Source of the DNA: Mobula hypostoma
Taxonomy: Eukaryota
DNA: 64,000 nucleotides
Direction of reading: 5' to 3'
NCBI RefSeq assembly: GCF_963921235.1
Contig: NC_086108.1
Location: 73,348,001-73,412,000, forward strand
The notes beneath the pieces were generated by a model. That model was not told the DNA's origin. It did not search any database and saw only the letters and a program-made list of their open reading frames with translations. Shown one piece after another: positions 1 through 12,634 of the stretch. The position numbers were made by a program, and so were the translations under genes. Each line of letters opens with the position of its first letter. Positions within the stretch are counted from its first letter, which is position 1.

Positions 1-285
1 GAGCACTCAACTGCCCTAACTGCTGCCTAATCCATTACCTACTCTTAAGGTAATTAGATTTATTAAAGGAACTTACCAGGCCTTACCTCACTTGGAGTGA
101 AGTTCTTCCTCAGCTTCTGCTCGCCGAAGCCTCAGGAGCCAAAGCCTTCCTACTCTGTCTCCCTCTACTCCATCACCCGCTCCGTTAATCTTCTCGCTTT
201 TAAACACTCCCGCTGCCTCACGGTCCGACTTACATGCGTTTGCGCAGTCGTGCCCCGTTCAACCGCCGAAGAAGATCTAGTGTAA
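1..285 (-). mobile_element. Probable CR1 LINE 5' UTR (element continues left of the window)
   Basis: Reverse complement is CpG-rich, with GGCTTCGG, GTTTAAAA and GTAAG motifs that also occur in the CR1 5' UTR at 12413-12634. Confidence 0.6.
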
Positions 286-1187
286 TTTTTCCAAGCTTGC
301 TAATGATGTGGAGCCGTATGGCTTGTGAGGAAGATAGAGAAACACCTGGTGAATTGACAAGAACCTGGCAGATGTTTAGTAATGTGGAAATGTGAAGTCA
401 TTCACTTTGACAGTGAAAATGGAAAGGTTACATTTTTTTTAATAGTGAGAGATTGCTGGGAGGGTTTCTTTGTCTTTTGTGAAAATAAATGCAAAATATT
501 TGTTTAATTCCTCAGTCATTTTGTTATTCTACAATATAATTTTTCATGTTTCAATCTTTAAAAGACCCAGACTAGATTTAACTAATCTTTTCCTTTTAAC
601 ATATCTATAAAAGATTTGACAATTTTTGATGCGTCCTCTTTAGCCTACTCTCATACTCCACCTTCCCCTTCTTTATCAATACTTTTGTCATCCACCGAAT
701 TCTAAAATTTTCCAGATCCTTAAACTTCCTATTTTTTGGACAATGTTATGAGTTATTTTCTTTGATCTTGAAAGCCAATTTTGTGTTGTCTAAAGATATA
801 TAGTAAATACTGTAAACTATGTCATATTCCTTTCAAGGCAAGCCATTACGTGGTTAATTTCATACATTTAATATAGTTCCACAATGCGTCATAACTAGAA
901 CTCGCGTCAAGCCTTCATAGACTGCTTCACTCATATTTAAGAATGAATTGGCTTCTTTAGTCAACAAAATCATTTTGCATTTTTCAATTAAATTCAATCA
1001 ATTTATGATCACTAATTTCTAAAGATCCCTTCATTACCCAATCATCAATTAAACTTTTCTCATTAGACAAGTTACTGAAATTAATCTGTTGACTCATGGA
1101 TTCCTGTACATACTGATTTCAAAACCTATCTCTGACATACTTATTTAATTCATTCTCCACAATATTACTGCTAATTTGGTTTACCAG

Positions 1188-2506
1188 CAATGTTCCCTCC
1201 AATTTTTAGTAGTCAGTGTGCACAAAAATCTTATGTTGTGCAAATTTTTTTCCTGTGACAAAAGTATATGCACACTGAATGCACACATGGCACAGTTTAT
1301 GTTGGTTTACAAAATATTTGACATAAAACTGCACAGAATAACAACAAAATAGCATACATATTTAAGTCACTCAGTTATTTTTTCTCTCTCTCCTGTCTTT
1401 GGCATTTACCCCTTCTTTGTAAACTCTATCTCGACTAATAGAACTTCCATCCAATTGATAGCTTTTGATTCTCATTAACATATCCAAATAACATTCACCT
1501 AAACGGTTTCTCAGCTTGTTTTTGAGTTGATTCATTAGGCTAAAACCTCACTCGCCTCCGCACTAGACGCAAGAAAGATTCCCCCAATGTCCATCAACTG
1601 TGCAAGGTCGCAAAACTGTTCATTTTGAAGTACAAATGCCACCATTTGAGCAAAGTTTGAAATCAGTTTGGACTTAATTTTTTTCTTGCACGGAAAATTT
1701 GAAATAATTAAACTATCTAACTATTACAGTATTTTCAGCTAGAAAATCATGATATTTAAGACATAAGGCATTAACTTGTTCATTGCCAAATGTGAAGTCA
1801 CAATCTGCAATTGCGGAGAAATCAAAAGCTGACCATTCTTGTACCTCATCTTTAGGAAACCTTTCTTCTAAATAAACAGAAAGACTATTTATAAAAGTCA
1901 ACAGCGAACCTGCCTCTACTGCGACGTTTTCTTCACATTGTTGGCTTAGCAAAACTTTAACTTCGTCACTCCACAAAATATTGTCTCCCAGATGCTGCTT
2001 TCTTATCTTGTTAATTTTGCCTCGCACAAAATGAAGTGAATCAATAGGAATCAGGCCACTCTTTTGCAGAATCTTGCACAGTGCAGCCAGTTCATCAAAG
2101 ACATCACTTAAAACTTGTAAAGCTACTTTTTATGTGATGTTTATCAATTTCTTGTAGCAGTATTTACTAAAAACTTAGTAAGCTATCTACAGGATTTGAA
2201 ACAGATCTCTGTAAACTTTATGATATGAACACTGTCCGCCAAAGGTACCTGCTGCTGTGATGCAGCTGTACAAACTGGAACAGGAAAGGTGAGGTGACAT
2301 AAATTAGTGACGTGCATTGTGGTATTTGAAAAACCTACTAACTAGTTAACAGAAACATTTAGCTAAAAGATTATTTTCAATGAGTATAATTATTAATTAC
2401 TACATTATTTTAGGTAACTAACCTTTTGTGCACACATTAATTTCCTTTGTGCGCTGGCTGAAAAACGTGTGTGCGCGCACACGCGCACAGCTTAGAGGGA
2501 ACATAG
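1188..2506 (-). mobile_element. Internally deleted hAT DNA transposon (ZNF862/Tip100-like transposase remnant)
   Basis: TIRs CAATGTTCCCTCCAA / TTAGAGGGAACATAG; perfect 8-bp TSD TTTACCAG at 1180-1187 and 2507-2514; minus strand encodes hATC-like ...GFSLMNQLKNKLRNRLGECYLDMLMRIK (~1460-1550) plus ORF 1713-2027. Confidence 0.9.
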
Positions 2507-2777
2507 TTTACCAGTCCACCATCGATTAAAGTACCAAATGGTTGCCCATGCTTGATTCAAGCATCAAAGTTTCTGATTTATACTATGGTCTGATTTACTT
2601 CCACTCTTTCAGTTGAATGATATCAGATACAGTGTACCAAGAAGCTCACAGGCCTCACCAACCAGTAAGCAGGCATCCTCAATTCAAGACCCAAGTGGAT
2701 AGAGAAGCAATAAGGGTGCATTCCTCAGGGCTGCCCAGTAAATTCCAGACAATTATAATGCAAATATTTTACCCAGT

Positions 2778-3247
2778 CAAAGATTTAAATCACATTTATT
2801 ATCAAAGAACGTATAAATTACATGACCTTGAGATTTGTTTGCTTTCATGTAGCCACAAAGGAGGAAACGAGAAAGAACCCAATTAAAGAAAAAAAAGACA
2901 AACACCCAATGTGCAAGAAGAAAAAAAAACACAAATCATGCAAACAATTGAAAAGAACAACAACATTCTGAACCAAATTGAGTCCTCAGATCCAAACCCC
3001 AGAGTAGGCCCAAAGCCTCACTTATCAGTTCCTCATAATAGCAGGCATGGAGCAAAGCAGCCAGGCAATGTTCATTGCCTCAGCTCCATGGAGCATCATT
3101 GCTCACCCCATCACTGTTCGGAGTGATAATTTCACGCAATTTACCTCAGAAAAGCAGTTTTAGTGATTTTTTTTAGTCAGATTTATTAACCTTTAACTAC
3201 CAGTGAACTATCACGCACGTTCAGTAGCACCATCTTAAACGGAAGTT
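2778..3247 (-). mobile_element. Non-autonomous LINE-derived retroposon (ACTTCCG..AAGATGG head, Rex-like tail)
   Basis: Minus strand starts ACTTCCGTTTAAGATGGTG and ends CTTTGATAATAAA..., a tail shared with 5940-5990, 24760-24840 and 41370-41408. Confidence 0.55.
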
Positions 3248-4203
3248 AAGTCATTTTACTTTTGGCATGATTGTTAGCAAGATTTTCTTATACTCTTTAT
3301 TTGAGGTGGAAGATCACATTGTGTCAGAGCGCTTGATTTCCCCTTCTTTTATTAATTCCCTAAAATCAGTGTGAAAATGGTTCAAAAATTAGTTTTGTTC
3401 TTTGAAGAGAAAATCAGTTGTAAACAGCCTATACATTGCTTTACGATGAATATTCTGCTTATGGTCTAAAATATCATGCAATATCTTACTGGGTGTAACC
3501 ATTCAATTATATAAGACAAGTTTTATTAATAACCTACCTTATAGTTTGCATGCCCTTATTTATTTTCTGCCTTCATGCATATAGCTTGATTGTATTGGTT
3601 ATTAAGTTCTTTTGGGGGAGTATACCAAACTAGCACCTAACCAATTTATTTTTCTATGTCAGGGCTAGACTGATATGGTTCAATGCACCTTTTTATCTAC
3701 ATGTAAAAAGACAGATGATATTTAAAGATGATTAAAAAGTCAGGCTTCTTTAAATTCTTGAAACTGTAAAGAGTCACACAGAGTAATGAACTGACAGCAT
3801 ACTTAATAAGTAATTTACCTTGGAAGCAATCATCATTTTATCAAGTCAACATTAGCCCACAGAGACAGGAGCAAATTAGTTCATAATTCTATATCTGCTG
3901 TAGTTGAGAGATTAATATTTTGAATAGTAACAGCAGCAAGGTCATATGAATTTGAATACCTAAATACATGAAACCACCCAGAGATGACAAGATATGATCT
4001 GAAAAATGTCAAGTCTTATACAGAATTTGGGCACCAGGATTTTTTTCCCAGTTCATTTCATATGCAAATATGACATACAAAGGATATGTAACTAACAGTT
4101 ATTCTTGGTTTGCCTGTCAACTGAAAGAAATAAGAACACATAACAGTTATCAAAATATAAATCATAGGACCTTTTCCAAGACCTGGATCTAAATCATCGC
4201 TTT

Positions 4204-5870
4204 TAGTCATAGTCATAGTCATAGCCATACTTTACTGATCCCAGGGGGAAATTTTTTCGTTACAGTTGCACCATAAATAATAAATAGTCATAGAACCATA
4301 AATAGTTAAATAGTAATATGTAATTTATGCCAGTAAATTATGAAATAAGTCCAGGACCAGCCTATCGGCACAGAGTGTCTAACCCTGCAAAGGAGGAATT
4401 GTAAAGTTTGATGGCCACAGGCAGGAATGACTTCCTATGACGCTCTGTGCTGCATCTTGGAGGAATAAGTCTCTGGCTGAATGTACTCCTATGCCCTCCC
4501 AGTACATTATGTAGTGGATGGGAGACATTGACCAAGATGGCATGCAACTTAGACAGCATTCTCTTTTCAGACACCACCGTGAGAGCGTCCAGTTCCATCC
4601 CCACAACATCACTGGCCTTACAAATAAGTTTGTTGATTCTGTTGGTGTCTGCTACCCTCAGCCTGCTGCCCCAGCACACAACAGCAAACATGATAGCACT
4701 GGCCACCACAGACTCGTAGAACATCCTCAGCATCATCCGGCAGATGTTAAAGGACCTCAGTCTCCTCAGGAAATAGAGATGGCTCTGGCCCTTCTTGTAG
4801 ACAGCCTCAGTGTTCTTTGACCAGTCCAGTTTATTGTCAATTTGTATCCCCAGGTATTTGTAATCCTCCACCATGTCCACACTGACCCCCTGGATGGAAA
4901 CAGGGGTCACCAGTACCTTAGCTCTCCTCAGGTCTACCACTAGCTCCTTAGTCTTTTTCACATTAAGCTGCAGATAATTCTGCTCACACCATGTGACAAA
5001 GTTTCCTACTGTAGCCCTGTACTCAACCTCATCTCCCTTGCTGATGCATCCAACTATGGCAGAGTCATCTGAAAACTTCTGAAGATGACAAGACTCCGTG
5101 CAGTAGTTGAAATCCGAGGTGTAAATGGTGAAGAGAAAGGGAGACAAGACAGTCCCCTGTGGAGCCCCAGTGCTGCTGGTCACTCTGTCAGATACACAGT
5201 GTTGCAAGCACACGTACTGTGGTCTGCCAATCAGGTAATCAAGAATCCATGACACCAGGGGAGCATCCACCTACATCGCTGTCAGCTTCTCCCCCAGCAG
5301 AGCAGGGCGGATGGTGTTGAACGCACTGGAGAAGTCAAAAAACATGACCCTCACAGTGCTCGCTGGCTTGTCCAGGTGGGCGTAGACACGGTTCAGCAGG
5401 TAGACAATGGCATCCTCAACTCCTAGTCGGGGTTGGTAGGCGAACTGGAGGGGATCTAAGTGTGGCCTAACCATAGGCCGGAGCAGCTCCAGAACAAGTC
5501 TCTCCAGGGGCTTCATGATGTGGGAGGTCAATGCCACCGTTCTATAGTCATTGAGGCCGCTGGGGCGCGGTGTCTTTGGCACAGGGACGAGGCAGGACGT
5601 CTTCCACAGTACAGGAACTCTCCAGAGCCTCAGGCTCAGGTTGAATACATGGCGAAGTACTCCACATAGCTGAGGGGCACAGGCTTTGAGCACCCTGGTA
5701 CTGACACCATCTGGTCCTGCAGCCTTTCTTGGGTTGAGACGTTTCAGCTGTCTTCTCACCTGTTCAGCCGTGAAGCCCACCGTGGTGGTTTTGTGTGGGG
5801 GAGGGGTATAGTCAGGAAAGCAGGGTGGGGGACTGTGAGGAGGGGTAGGAGGGGAGAGTGGAACATGTGT
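4204..5870 (-). mobile_element. 5'-truncated Rex1/Babar-type LINE, nearly intact RT
   Basis: ORFs 5271-5969 and 4362-5270 are in one frame, split by a single TAG; motifs KAAGPDG, YRTVALTS, FFDFSSAFNTI, GAPQGTVLSPFLF, FSDD, YKYLG; 3' tail AGTAAA + (ACTATG)n at ~4204-4235. Confidence 0.9.
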
Positions 5871-5994
5871 AAGATGGCGTTTAATTCCTCTAACTATAGT
5901 GTTTGCTAAGTGTGCCCGCAGATAAAGAATCTCAGGGTTGTATCTGGTGACATATATGTACTCTGACAATAAATTTTACTTTGAACTTTGTACA

Positions 5995-6870
5995 TCCATT
6001 TTCTTCTAAAGCTGTCTCTCGGAATCCAAGGATGACATACTTCCTCTTTGGTTTTATGGGTTCTGTGGTGGCTGATGAGGCCAATGTAGGAGCTGTAAAT
6101 TTTTTCACAGGCAGGACTGGAGGAAAATGATGAGGCAGACGAGTGGGCAGTTTGTGAGCTGATGAGCTTCTCTTCCACCTGATGTTGGTTCACTTACACT
6201 TGTGCAGGATTTTACTAAGACTGCATTGATGGTATTATTTTCCAGTGCCTTGAGATGCTTGCTGCAGGTAGACCAGGTCTCAGAATCATAAAGTTACTGC
6301 TACCCAGTCACTCATGAGTTCTGTACCAAGACAGAGATAGTAATCTTCAAATACACTTTAGATGAATCAAGCAACAGCTGTGCAGGCACATGGAAGGGGG
6401 TAGTGAAAGTTATCATTGCTGTCTGTTTTCATTGAGGTGACTCTCAAAATATAGGCCACCTTTATTATCAGTGTAATATGGCAGGGTCAGTTTCAAAGAA
6501 GAATTTAGATTTTCCGGAATGTAGATGTTGGACTTAAGGCTCAACCTCTCATATGCTCTCTTGAGTGGGTCAATTATGTGTTAGAGCTCAAAGTCTTTGT
6601 GATGTAAATCAATTACTGAGATTCAAGTGAAATTAGTTCTCGAGGGTAGTCGCCTTAAAGTTGAACAGTTTCCTATTCATTCATAAGATTAGCTCCAATT
6701 ACACAGCAGCCTTTTTGGAGATGAAGAGAAAAATGCAGCAAGAGAAAACCGAGAAGTATTGAGACAGCGGTGCAGCCTTGTTTGGTCCCTGTCTTTGCAG
6801 AGTTTGGTTCTGTTGTGGACTCCATGATTAGTATCATGGCTTGCATGTCATTTTGCAGCAAGACAAATAT
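5995..6870 (-). mobile_element. Highly degraded RTE-clade LINE fragments
   Basis: TGTKQGC (cf. GVKQGC RT motif) in ORF 6673-6861 and C-terminal IGLISHHRTH in ORF 5906-6193. Confidence 0.6.
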
Positions 6871-6950
6871 AATCGTAGAAGCATACTACATGGAAACAGG
6901 CCACATAACTTACCATAACCACACCAACTAATGAGTATCCTCCATATTAA

Positions 6951-7151
6951 ACAAGACAAAATCTGCAGTTGCTGGAAATTCAAGCAACACACACAAAATG
7001 CTGGAGGAACTCATCAGGCCAGGCAGCATCTATGGAAAAGAGTAACAGTCAACGTTTCAGGCTGAGACCCTGGATCTGGTTGTCAGTCCTGATAAAGAGT
7101 CTTGGTCTAAGATGTCAACTCTTTTCCATAGATGTTGCCTGGCCTGCTGAG
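6951..7151. mobile_element. Palindromic mini Penelope-derived element (two inverted pLTR ends)
   Basis: Same sequence as the pLTR end at 52564-52700, followed by its inverted copy; flanked by a 14-bp direct repeat ATCCTCCATATTAA (6937-6950, 7152-7165). Confidence 0.85.
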
Positions 7152-7169
7152 ATCCTCCATATTAATTCC

Positions 7170-7790
7170 ATTTTCCAGAAGTAGGCCTGCAACTTTCAAT
7201 GCCAAGGCTCATCTGAATATTGCCTAAATGCTGTCAGTAACTCTGCTTCTGCAACTTCCAGGCAGTGCACTAAGAATACTATTCTCTCAGTGAAAAGGAC
7301 TCCCTGAGATCCCATTAATCTACTACCCCTTACTCTAGAACGTGCCTTCTAATTTTATTCACTTCTGAAACAGAGAAAATATTCCTGTTTCTACCTTATC
7401 TATAGCCCACTTAATTTCATATACCTCTGTCATGACCCCTCTTAACTTCCTCCACTCCAATGAAAACAGGCCTAGTTTCTCCAATTTCACCCTATAACTA
7501 TAATCATCCATTGCAGATAATAATAACCTGGTGAATCTCCTACACATTTCTCTCATCAGTAGGCTGCCACCGCATCAGGAGGTTCAGACAAGATCTGCCC
7601 TTGACAAAACCACGTTGCTATCTCTGATACATCCCTGCTTTTCCAAGTAATCATTAATTCTGTAATTCAGGATTTTTTTACAATAAGTTCTCTACCCTGA
7701 TGTTAGGCTCACAGGACTATAATTATCAATTTCTACTGTCCTTCTAGTAACAGGGGATTATATTTGCCAGCTTCCATTTATCTGGTACCA
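7170..7790 (-). mobile_element. Old degraded CR1 3' fragment
   Basis: RRFTRL...YRVKLEKLGLFSLEWRKLRG, typical of the CR1 ORF2 C-terminus. Confidence 0.7.
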
Positions 7791-9339
7791 CACTTTATTA
7801 GTCATCAAAGATGAAGTATCTCAAGCAGTGCAATGAATAGTTTTTGCTCATCCCTAATTACATGGGGAGTTTGGTTAGAGTGGGGGGGAGAAGGAGGTGG
7901 AGGGAGCCATCTTGTGTTTTTGAGTGATTTGACTGTTTTTCTGCAATTTCATGATTTATTTTCTCACAGATGTGGTACGATCTACAGAGTATTTCTGGCA
8001 TTCTCTGTTTTTGTGTTAGAATTCCGGCATCTGAGGTGTTTTTTTTTTATTTTCACTAACTTTTCTAGATTTTACAAATATACGGTTTCAAATGTCCCTC
8101 TAATAAGTCTGTAGGTAATTAATGAAATGTTTAAATAGCAGATCCATGTTGTTGAAATGTGCTATTCCTGTGCTTAATCCAGACTGGGGGGGCTGATTAC
8201 ATACCTGTGATTTGCTTTTACAGGGATGCTGTCATTGAGGCATAGTGAAGATTTGGGTCGTTCACGTAGGCCGAAAGGGCTCAGTTTGCTGATCAATTTA
8301 ACACTCAAAATCATGAATAATTTTTCATTGGTCAGGGTGTGAAGAATTTTCATTGGTGAGAACATGTATTAGGGTGACTATTTGCTTGCCTCATACACCA
8401 GAGTACTCTCCACAGTTACCTGTTGAGGTAGCCATAACCTTTTACCAGGAGCTGATATCGTCTAGTAGTGCCCAGCCTTCACTGAGTGTTTCAACCTTTA
8501 ACCACTACACTCCCCAGCTGGCGGGTCAGCAGTGGTGGCCAAGTCACTGCTCATCTGCTCCTGACTTCCAGCACAACTCCTCTCGCCTGCTCCATATCCA
8601 GCAAGAGGGTCTTTCTGCTTCCTCCCCCATCCTGTAGGTTGCTTGGTTCATGCTCTTTTCATCAAGGCCCAGCTCAGTCAGCAGCCTTGGCGGGACCCCT
8701 CTACAGCTGATCTCCATGGGGAATAGCCACGTCTGTCATCCTTTGTCCCTGCACTCCTGGTCTAAGGGCTGGTACTTCAGGGACTTCCTCTCTTCAATAA
8801 TATTAACTACTTGGAAAAAAAATCCAGCATACTATTAATCTCCATTATAATTTCCTGCTATTCCATCTATATTCTAGAAGGTCTGTTCTCCAGCACCATT
8901 GGATCCTAAGTCCATCTTGCTTCTTCCAGGTCCATGTTCCTGCAGCTCTTCTGTCTGTTGTCCATAACACTCATCACTTATCCAGTTGCTATGTCTTCCC
9001 TGACCAATATCATCTGGGTTCACTGCCCATAATTCTCATCTCTTACAGTTCACTGCTTTAACTCTGATAGATTTAAACTGTCCCAGAATGACATCTTCAC
9101 CCTTCTCCTTGATACAACATCATAACGAATTTCTCTCAGCGACTGCCACACAGAATGGATAATATTTATTCCTTTCAGGAATTCACTTGCAATATTGAAC
9201 TATCCATCTACTTGGGCTAATAGCTGATCTCTATAAAGGAAGATAATAAAATTTCATTAACAATTGATCATTTGACATCATGACAAAGGCAAAAGAAGAA
9301 AACTGGATACCCCATTATAAATTATTAAATAATCCTCTA

Positions 9340-9394
9340 TTCTCTCTCTTTCTCTCTCTCTTTCTCTCTCTCTCACACACATATACACATACAC
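9340..9394. repeat. (TC)n/(CA)n microsatellite
   Basis: Directly visible. Confidence 0.85.
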
Positions 9395-9847
9395 TAAAAT
9401 TACTTTTAGAAATCAATTTATTTTTAATGTCTTGTATAATTTTCAATCTCTAGTTAAAGCATAAAATAAATTCATAGATTGTTATCTAGACCAGTCATTA
9501 CAAAAAAATTTGAATTCAGCTCAGTGTTGTCACAAAAGCAATTTAGTAATGAATGATTTAATCAGTTTTATCCTGTGCATCTGTTCCCAAGAGCATCAGG
9601 ATAACATCTGGGGTATAACAAGATGTTCACTGCTAGCAAGACCATGTGCTGTGATGGATGAGATTCCTATAATAATGAAGGATTCCAGGGAAAAATATAC
9701 AGGAAATTAGATTTATAAACATGCATGTAAAGTGGAGGGTAGCTGTGCATCTTAATGTGGAAGTCTATGTATGTGAATGTGTATGCATCTCTGCATGCAC
9801 GTATGTGTCTGTGTGTGTACGTGACAGAGATTCTTTTCCTTGGCTTT

Positions 9848-11935
9848 AATAAGACCATTAGACAGAGGAGCAGAGTTAGGCCATTTGGCCCATCAAGTGT
9901 GCTCCACCATTCAATCATGGCTGATGCTATTTTTTCTCCTCCTCAACTTCATTTCCCAGTATTCTCATCACCTTTGATGCCATGTCCAATCAAGCACCTA
10001 TCAATCTCTGCCTTAAATACACCCAATGACCTGGCCTCTACAGCTGCACATGCCAACAAATTCGCCACTCTCTAGCTAAAGAAATTTCTCCACATCTCTG
10101 TTCTGAAAGGGTGCCCCTCTATCCTGAGGCTGTGCCCTCTTGTCCTAGACTCTCCCACCATGGGAAACATCTTTTCCACATCTACTTGGTCTAGGCCTTT
10201 CAACAATCAGAAGGTTTCATTGAGATCTCCCCTTATCCTTCTGAATTCCAGCGAGTACAGACCAAGAACCATCAAATGTTCCTCGTGTGATAACCCTTTC
10301 ATTCCTGGAATCATCCTTGTGAACCTCCTCTGGACCCTCGCTAATGCCAGCACATCTCTTCTAAGATGAGGGGCCCAAGACTGTACACAATACTCAAGGT
10401 GAGGCCTCACGAGTGCCTTATAAATCCTCAGCATCACATCCCTGCTCTTGTATTCTAGACCCCTTGCAGTGAATGCTAACATTGCATTTGCCTTCCTCAC
10501 CATAGACTCAACTTGCAAGTTAACCTTTAGGGTGTTCTACACAAGGATCCCCAAGTTCCTTTGCATCTCAGAGTTTTGATTTTCTCCCCATTTAGAAAAT
10601 AGTCCACACATTTATTTCTACTGCCAAAGTGGATGACCATGCATTTTCCAACATTGTATTTCATTTGCTACTTTCTTGCCCATTCTCCTAATCTGTCTAT
10701 GTCTTTCTGCTCCCTACCTGTTTCCTCAACACTACCAGCCCCTCCACCAATATTCGTATCATCTGCAAACTTGGTAACAAAGCCACCTATTTCATCATCT
10801 AAGTTATTTATATACATTTATATACAGCATAAAAAGAAGTGACCGCAACTCCAACCTCTGCAGAAGACCACTAGTCACTGGCAGCTAACCAGAAAAGCAT
10901 TATTTTATTCCCACTCGCTGCCTTCTTCCAATCAGCCAATGCTCTAACCATGTTAGTAACTTTCCTGTAATACCACTGGCTCTTAACTTAGTAAGCAGCC
11001 TCATGTGTGGCACCTTATCAAAGGCCTTCTGAAAGTCTAAATATACCACATCTATTGCATCCCCTTTATCCATCCTACTTATAATCTCCTCAAAGAATTC
11101 CAACAAGTTCATCAGGCAGGATTTTCCCTGAAGGAAACCATGCTGACTTTGTCCTATCTTGTCCTGTGTCACTAAGTACTCTATCACTTCGTCCTTAACA
11201 ATTGACTCCAAGGTCTTCCCAACCACTGAGGAGAGGCTAACTGTCATGGTCCCACCCGACAATGCCCCATCTTACTATTATCTCCTTGATTAGGTCTTAA
11301 TCCCCTCGTCTGATTTCCAATTGTTCCCAGTTTTCATTAATTACAGTACACCTGCTTTCCATCAGCGAACTGAGGATAAGAACCTTGGTGTCACTATCAT
11401 GCTTGACCAGTTCTTTGGACTATTCTAGTGTGTGTAAACCTCGTTTCCTGATTCCTTAGAACTGTCACTTCTAAGCTCCGCACCAATCCCTGGATAATCT
11501 TCGTAAACCTTCTCTCCGTGTAAAGATTCTCCTGAATACCTGTTCCACGTTCACGGCTGCGCTAACGCCTCACAACCCTGTCTCTGTGCCTGTGTCCTGC
11601 TCTTGGGTTCGTCCCCAGCCACATGCTTGCAACAGCTAACTGGTCTATAATTTCCTTTCTGTTGCCTTCTTCCTTTCTTAAAGAGTGGAGTGACATTTGC
11701 AATTTTCCAGTACTCTGGTACCATGCCAGAGTCCAATGATTTTTGGAAGAACATTGCTAACGCCACCACAATCTCTAACACTACCTCTTTCAGTACCCTA
11801 GGGTGCAGTTCATCTGGTCCGGGTGACTTATGTACTTGTAGGTCTTTCAGCTTTTCGAGCACCTTCTCTCTTGTAATATTAACTGCACTCACTTCTCTTC
11901 CTTCACACACTTCAACATCTGGCACACTGCTAGTG
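9848..11935 (-). mobile_element. 5'-truncated CR1 LINE, interrupted by a solo LTR
   Basis: KSPGPDELHPRVLKE, NYRPVS, QHGF..GKSCL, YLDFQKAFDKVPH, LVRPHLEYC; 3' tail at ~9848-9870. Confidence 0.92.
11242..11634 (+). mobile_element. Solo LTR (393 bp) inserted in CR1
   Basis: TGT...ACA termini; 6-bp TSD GCTAAC at 11236-11241 and 11635-11640; splits the host NYRPVS|LSSVVGK motif exactly; strand is tentative. Confidence 0.85.
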
Positions 11936-12634
11936 GAAATGTTTGGAAAAGAAGTCTACATTATTCTTATGTACCTACACATGGTGGTCCTGATATAACA
12001 TACTTTCTTAAATAAATTTCGCACCGACATAATTTAACTTTTCCTACAACTGGGAAAGTTGTTTCCGATTAGTGTCAATGTTGAGAATGTATCTCATGAA
12101 TCCTGAATGAGGAAAGAATTAGGTTTTATAATGATGTCCTGCAGAATATGAAATGCCCACCCAGCCCCAAAGTTGTGTTTTGTGCATTAGAAGTAGCCAA
12201 TAAAAATGCATCAGACAGCTTGCATCGTACAAGAAAACAAACTTCAGTGCTATCATTGTCCTCAGAGGGCAAGGAAAACATTTGGAATAAAAGATTGAGA
12301 GTTTTGGTGAATGTCAAGTAACAGAAGTGCAATTTGTCAACTAACACAAACAAGCTGAAGTAGCAGCAGTACTTGATGTTTGCTGCTCAGAACACATCTT
12401 AATTCTTTTTAAGGCTTCAACGGGCTTCGGTGGTAAACGGGAAGAGGCGAGAGCGAGGCACCAACTCTTTTTTTTCTTCCCTCTCCCCTTCGCGAATCGG
12501 CTCAGACAGGCAGGAGCAGCAGGGCTCTCACAGCTATCGGTACGAGCTAACGGTTTAAAAAGTTCATCTGTTTGGTGAGGTAAGTGGGTGAGTAGACTTA
12601 TTTTTCCTGTTTCATTCGTGTAGAATTAGATAGC

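Noticed and set aside
12145..12321. Open plus-strand frame NMKCPPSPKVV... as an exon
   Set aside because: Weak acceptor, no recognisable homology, length within chance expectation
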